Shown here: one piece after another, positions 58,960 through 64,000 of the stretch
How the letters are laid out: each line of letters starts with the position of its first letter
Position numbering within the stretch: the stretch's first letter is position 1
Assembly (NCBI RefSeq): GCF_020745735.1
Contig: NW_026867531.1
Span: 1 to 64,000, forward strand
Length of the DNA stretch: 64,000 nucleotides
Direction: 5' to 3'
Origin: Hemiscyllium ocellatum
Lineage: Eukaryota
The notes under the pieces: model-generated
Databases searched by the model: none
What the model saw: the letters and a program-made list of their open reading frames with translations, nothing else
Told to the model about the DNA's origin: nothing
Position numbers and translations under genes: made by a program

Positions 58960-59411
58960 CATTCGAAAGTTAGCTCCCTTTATTTCTACATTCATTCACA
59001 AGCAGATAAAACTAAAATCAAAGTTCAAACGTATTCCTAGCTAGTAAAACAATTGAGCTTTTATTTCCCAGGACACTGCCAGTCTCTGTCCCACTACAAA
59101 ATAACATGTAATTCATACTAAACATTTCAAAATTCAATTTAGGCAACTGAATACAGAGCGTGTCCAAAGTGATTATATTCAGAATATTCAATTAGAAGTT
59201 AACTCCCTTTAATTCTACATTCCACCACAAGCAGATAAAGCTAAAAAGAACTTCAATCATATTATTAACCAACAAAATGAGTGACTTTATTTTTGCTGTC
59301 ACTCAAAGTCTCTCTCACTTTACAAAATAACATCCCATTTCTAATCTGCGTTTCTAAATTCCATTTAGGCAACCTAATATGGAGCAGGTCTAAAGTGATT
59401 ATGTTCGGAAT
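58960..59411. repeat. Diverged tandem duplication of a ~228-bp unit upstream of the VH promoter
   Basis: Shared anchors aagtta.ctcccttt, cacaagcagataaa, acaaaataacat, atttaggcaac and aaagtgattat recur at a 226-229 bp offset. Confidence 0.85.
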
Positions 59412-60760
59412 GTGAGTGGATGTCACTAAACAGCTTGGACCCGGAGATTAGAAGCACCTCCTTACACTGCAGAATGTCTCTCCTTGCATCTTTTTTTTCA
59501 AATTGCTCCGACCCTAAAATGCATAGTAAAGGAAAGCTGTGTGCCTGAGAAACAAAAAGTGAGTTGGCAGTGATATATAACGCCTAGGTAAACTTTTGAA
59601 AGAGCATCTAATGAACCAGAACAGGACAGTCCTTCCGTTTTTTTTTAAAAATCCTCAACATCTAAACCATTGCAGGTAACTGTCTGGGGACATCAGGAGT
59701 GTTTGGTTAAATTAGAGAGTATTACAATAATCATTACCACGAATGTAGGTTATAAACAGCACATTTCTCTGCTCACTGATAGCTCTGACAGGGGCAGTTA
59801 ACTCATAAAAATAAGCAAAAATTCACTGTTACACGACACCAGTGTTCACCATGTATAAAGGGCCCACTCAGTTTTAATGAGATACATGAATCAGAGAATG
59901 ATGCAACAAGTGATGTGAGTTTGAACCAATTCAAGTTTGTTAATTTACTTTGAGATGATAACAAATGTTACTGCAATGTGGGATTTTGGATCCATTAACT
60001 TCATATTCAGGAGCTTTAAAGATACTCAATAAACAGACTGAACTAACCAGAATGTTACTGCATTCAATGTCCTGGCTCTGATAGTCATACAGTGAATGCT
60101 GTATTCTGTGACTTTCCTTTTTAAAGAAGAAATGCCAAGTGAAATGTATCCATTGTGAGTAAATGGGAAAATATAGTTTGTTTGGTAGGATTTTACTTTA
60201 GTTGATTCATTTTCCCTTTAATCGGCCAGATACAATAGTTGGCAGCAATTAAGCTGACTGCAGAAAAGGTCCTTGAGTTCCCAGGTTCATTTACTGGAAG
60301 CAGGTGGAGTTTCTGCAGTGGTTCAAAGATATTTTGTCTCACTGTTGACCAGTTGGTGGAAAGCAAACTGCAAACCATAACCACTGCCTCTGCAGGAACA
60401 CATCTACTCAGCAACAATACTGGAGAAAAGTTTATTTTTCAGTTGTGAAACTTGGAGAACGAATCACTCCTCTCATTGAAGGAAATATTCGCAGAGTCTC
60501 AGACACAACCTAAACATCAACAGTTCATTCGAGGATCACTACAGCACTGTTTAATATTGAGAAACATTGATAAATAGTCATAGAGTCATGGAGTGAGACA
60601 GCATGGAAACAGACACTTCAGTCCAACCAGTCCATGCCAGTCATAATCCCAAACTAAACTAATCCCACCTGGGTGTACTTGGCCCATATCCTTCCAAACA
60701 TTTGATATTCATTTACTTATCCAAATGTCTTCTATAGGTTGTAAGTATCCACCACCAGAT

Positions 60761-61095
60761 CGGCACGGTGGGCGGCATGTGGGCGGCACGGTGGCACAGT
60801 GGTTAGCACTGCTGCCTCACAGCACCTGAGACCCGGGTTCAATTCCCGACTCACTGACTGTGTGGAGTTTGCACATTCTCCCCGTGTCTGCGTGGGTTTC
60901 CTCCGGGTGCTCCGGTTTCCTCCCACAGTCCAAAGATGTGCAGGTCAGGTGAATTGGCCATGTTAAATTGCCCGTAGTGTTAGGTAAGGGGTAAATGTAG
61001 GGGTATGGGTGGGTTTCGCTTCGGCGGGTCGGTGTGGACTTGTTAAGGGCCTGTTTCCACACTGTAAGTCTAATCTAATCTAATCTAATCTAATC
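60761..61095 (+). mobile_element. Young HE1 SINE with iterated 5' end, inserted in a minus-strand CR1 3' end (60585-61200)
   Basis: Intact A and B boxes, V core and (TAATC)4-5 tail. Confidence 0.95.
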
Positions 61096-62604
61096 ATCCC
61101 ACACACAAACCATTCTCTGTGTAAAAAGTGGTCTCTGATATCTTTTAAAAAATTTTTCTCCTCTCATTGTAAAAACATGTTCCCTATTGTTGAAATCCCC
61201 CACCATAGGGGAAATACGCCATGTCTGGGTCAAAAACTGAAAACAATTCCAGCTCCAAACATTTACAAAATATCACTATGGATCTTCCTTGAGTCCAAAA
61301 AAGATTGTCCCCTTTGATCAATGATTTGTAAAATTTATTTGCGTATGTAATGCGATGGATGTTTTCAAATAACTTCTGAAATGCAAGTGGCTCACATCAA
61401 TCGTATTAAAGTGACATTTCGTGTGTGACCCCACACACACAAAAAAAACAAGTTTGTTGACATGAGTTGCTCTGAGGAAGTCTACGATGAATTCTTTTAT
61501 CAAACAAAATCATTTCCAGTGTTGTGAGGGCTCGTCTATCTTCTGTGCAATGGTCTGAATTTTAAGTTGTGTCTGACTGCAGATGAAACCGGCTGCTCTG
61601 GGTAAAAGTACAGTTTGTGCCTTTCACATTGTTAATGTATATTGCTGACTTTAGTTGAATAAAGGGATGTTGCCCCAGGCATCGTCTGGCACCGTTAATT
61701 AGACCATTAATTTCCACACCACTAGCCAGAGGGTAAGGTGGAGTTTATTGATATGTGATATTTTTGAAACGAAAGCTTCGTACATTTCCAGGATGAATCA
61801 TGTAAATTAGAGCCATTCACCTTTCCACTCATGGCTTTATAAACGTATATGAGGTCACCCCCCGAACTCTCACCCTCCAGTGAAACAAGTTCCAGTCTAT
61901 CTGGATTTCCAACGGTAACTTTGTTCCCTCACATTCTGCTGTTAAAGATCCTCCTGCCACCCCAGGCCCACAGAGAGTGTCCCTTGATACTAGTTCAAAG
62001 AAATGAAAGGAACTTGTCCCACCATATTGTTCAATTTTATTTGGTTTCAAACACCATAAAAAATAAATGTTCATGTCATTGCTGATTTATGGGAGAATTC
62101 CGTTTACACAGTATCTGCTGAAATACCTGCAGTACCATCCTGAATCTGGTTCACAGGTTCACCTGTTGCTCACAAATGCAACCAGACATCAGGGAACAGT
62201 GTGTGGGACAGAGGTAAAGTAGTATTACTTCTGCAATTATAATTACTTATACAAATTAAATGAACTCACACCAGTGTGTAATTGTTTCAGCCAAGAGCTG
62301 AGTCAACAAGAATGGAAACTATGTGGAGGAAATACATAATTGTCTTTGTATTAGCTAAAATTGTATGCAAGAATGAAACGGGACTGCAAAACAATGGTAG
62401 ATATTACAGACGAATAGATAAGATGCTGTGAGGGGAGGGAGTTAAGCTAGATACGCCTGTACAAACAGTAGGTATAAACATCTGTTTCCCACTTTTACTG
62501 AAACACAGGAACAAACCCCAATTAAAAGGGTCATAAGGATCAGTATGGTAGGGGAAGGCACAGATGGAGGGAGTAGATAATGGTGAAGAAAGGATATGCC
62601 TTTT

Positions 62605-62913
62605 GGGCGGCACGGTGGCACAGTGGTTAGCACTGCTGTCTCTCAGCGCCTGAGACCCGGGTTCAATTCCCGACTCAGGCGACTGACTGTGTGGAGTTTG
62701 CACGTTCTCCCCGTGTCAGCGTGGGTTTCCTCCGGGTGCTCCGGTTTCCTCCCACAGTCCAAAGATGTGCAGGTCAGGTGAATTGGCCATGCTAAATTGC
62801 CCATAGTGTTAGGTAAGGGGTAAATGTAGGGGTATGGGTGGGTTTCGCTTCGGCAGGTCGGTGTGGACTTGTTGGGCCGAAGGGCCTGTTTCCACACTGT
62901 AAGTCTAATCTAA
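62605..62913 (+). mobile_element. Young full-length HE1 SINE
   Basis: gggcggcacggtggcacagtggttagc…gtttccacactgtaagtctaatctaa. Confidence 0.95.
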
Positions 62914-64000
62914 CAATGACCCACAGCGGGATGAGGTCAAACGGCCTTGTGAGGCCAGAAATAAGCATTTTGTCACAGATAAGGCTGGATAAGGCAAGAG
63001 ATAAACAGGAGTAATGGGCGCTGGTCTTAGGGAAGTGGAAGATGTAAACAGGGGAGGAGCAATGAAATAAAAAAATAGAAACCAAATTACATCAATATCG
63101 TGTATGAGTTGAATTCAGTGTGTGGGTCCCTGCCTTGTCGACATGGACATCACACCATCTTGCAAGAGTCAAATAAAGGGCACCACTGATTCAGATTTTG
63201 TCTCGGACTGAAATTATTGAAGTGTGTGAGCTTTGTTTCTCACAAGTGAACATCGTCCACACCCAGCCCTCCCCTCTTCCCTTCTGTACTTTTCACTTTG
63301 TGAAATCCGTGTTGTCAATAATCAGTTAAAAGGAAGATTTTTTAAAACTTTCTTAATTCATGTTGCTGATCTTGGCTGAGTAAAGGTATGTTGCTGTCAG
63401 CATTTCTGGGGAACATGTCTGCATTGTTTTCATGTCAGTTTACAATGATATTAAGTCAAGAATTGTCTAAATGTCCTGAGAAACAACATTTAGAAATGGG
63501 CGTTCTGCCCCTACTTTTTTCCCCATAAGCCAGGATTTACAGCATGGGAGATCATATCTATGTTGATAATGGATTAGACCCTATACAATGTTCCGAATGT
63601 TTACTTCAAGTGCTATCACCTGCAGGGTTATGGACAACATGCTATAAAGTGGGTGTTGGCTGGAAGGTTCTGTTTTCACGTGATACAGGTGTGATGGGCG
63701 AAGTGATCTCTCTCTGTCGTGAAAACTTCATCTTTCCTCAATTCATTTTTCCTACTTTGTCTCGTTCAGAGGCTCTAATTCACATGATTCATACTGGAAA
63801 TATTCCAAGCCTTCAGTTCAATGATATCAATAAACTCCACCTGACCGTCCGGCTAGTGATGTGGAAATTAATGGTCTAATTAATGGTGCCAGACGATGCC
63901 TGGGACAACATCACTTTATTCAACTAAAGTCAGCAATATACATGAACAATGTGAAAGGCACAAACTGTACTTTTACCCAAAGCAGCCAGTTACATCTGCA

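Noticed and set aside
60795-60801. Perfect CACAGTG heptamers carried by young SINE A-boxes (also 62619 and 44701)
   Set aside because: No nonamer-like sequence at 12 or 23 nt, so these are unlikely RSSs.
60781-60850. tRNA-like sequence with A and B boxes
   Set aside because: This is the tRNA-derived SINE head, continuing into the V core and LINE tail. It is not a tRNA gene.
59420-64000. Possible additional V segments or a second cluster upstream
   Set aside because: No leader, WxRQ/YYC motif or RSS was found by eye. Only SINE/CR1 remnants and AT-rich sequence are present.

Overview
Eukaryotic, repeat-rich DNA from a shark. A carpet or bamboo shark is an inference from the VH/C-mu sequences and the SINE family. 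The only host gene is one complete, unrearranged immunoglobulin mu (IgM) heavy-chain minilocus on the minus strand (~58.7 to 36.3 kb). Its order is TATA promoter, leader, VH, D1, D2, JH with 23/12, 22/12 and 12/23 RSS pairing, a ~10 kb J-C intron, CH1-CH4 with secretory tailpiece, then TM1 and TM2 exons. All exons are open and phase-compatible. The rest is transposon debris: CR1/HER1 LINEs, HE1-type V-SINEs, Penelope-like elements with minimal hammerhead ribozyme cores, an RTE LINE and a Gmr1-type Gypsy. There is also a 5.2 kb internally deleted env-bearing endogenous retrovirus with two LTRs and a tRNA-Ser-like PBS. The best leads are four. First, a cryptic acceptor after the secretory exon would give a tailpiece-less mu chain. 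Second, an embedded heptamer turns the D1 5' RSS into a dual 12/23 signal. Third, the J-C intron holds repeat, hairpin and ribozyme structures. Fourth, the ERV env carries an unidentified retroposed insert. All coordinates were read by eye, and repeat boundaries are approximate.
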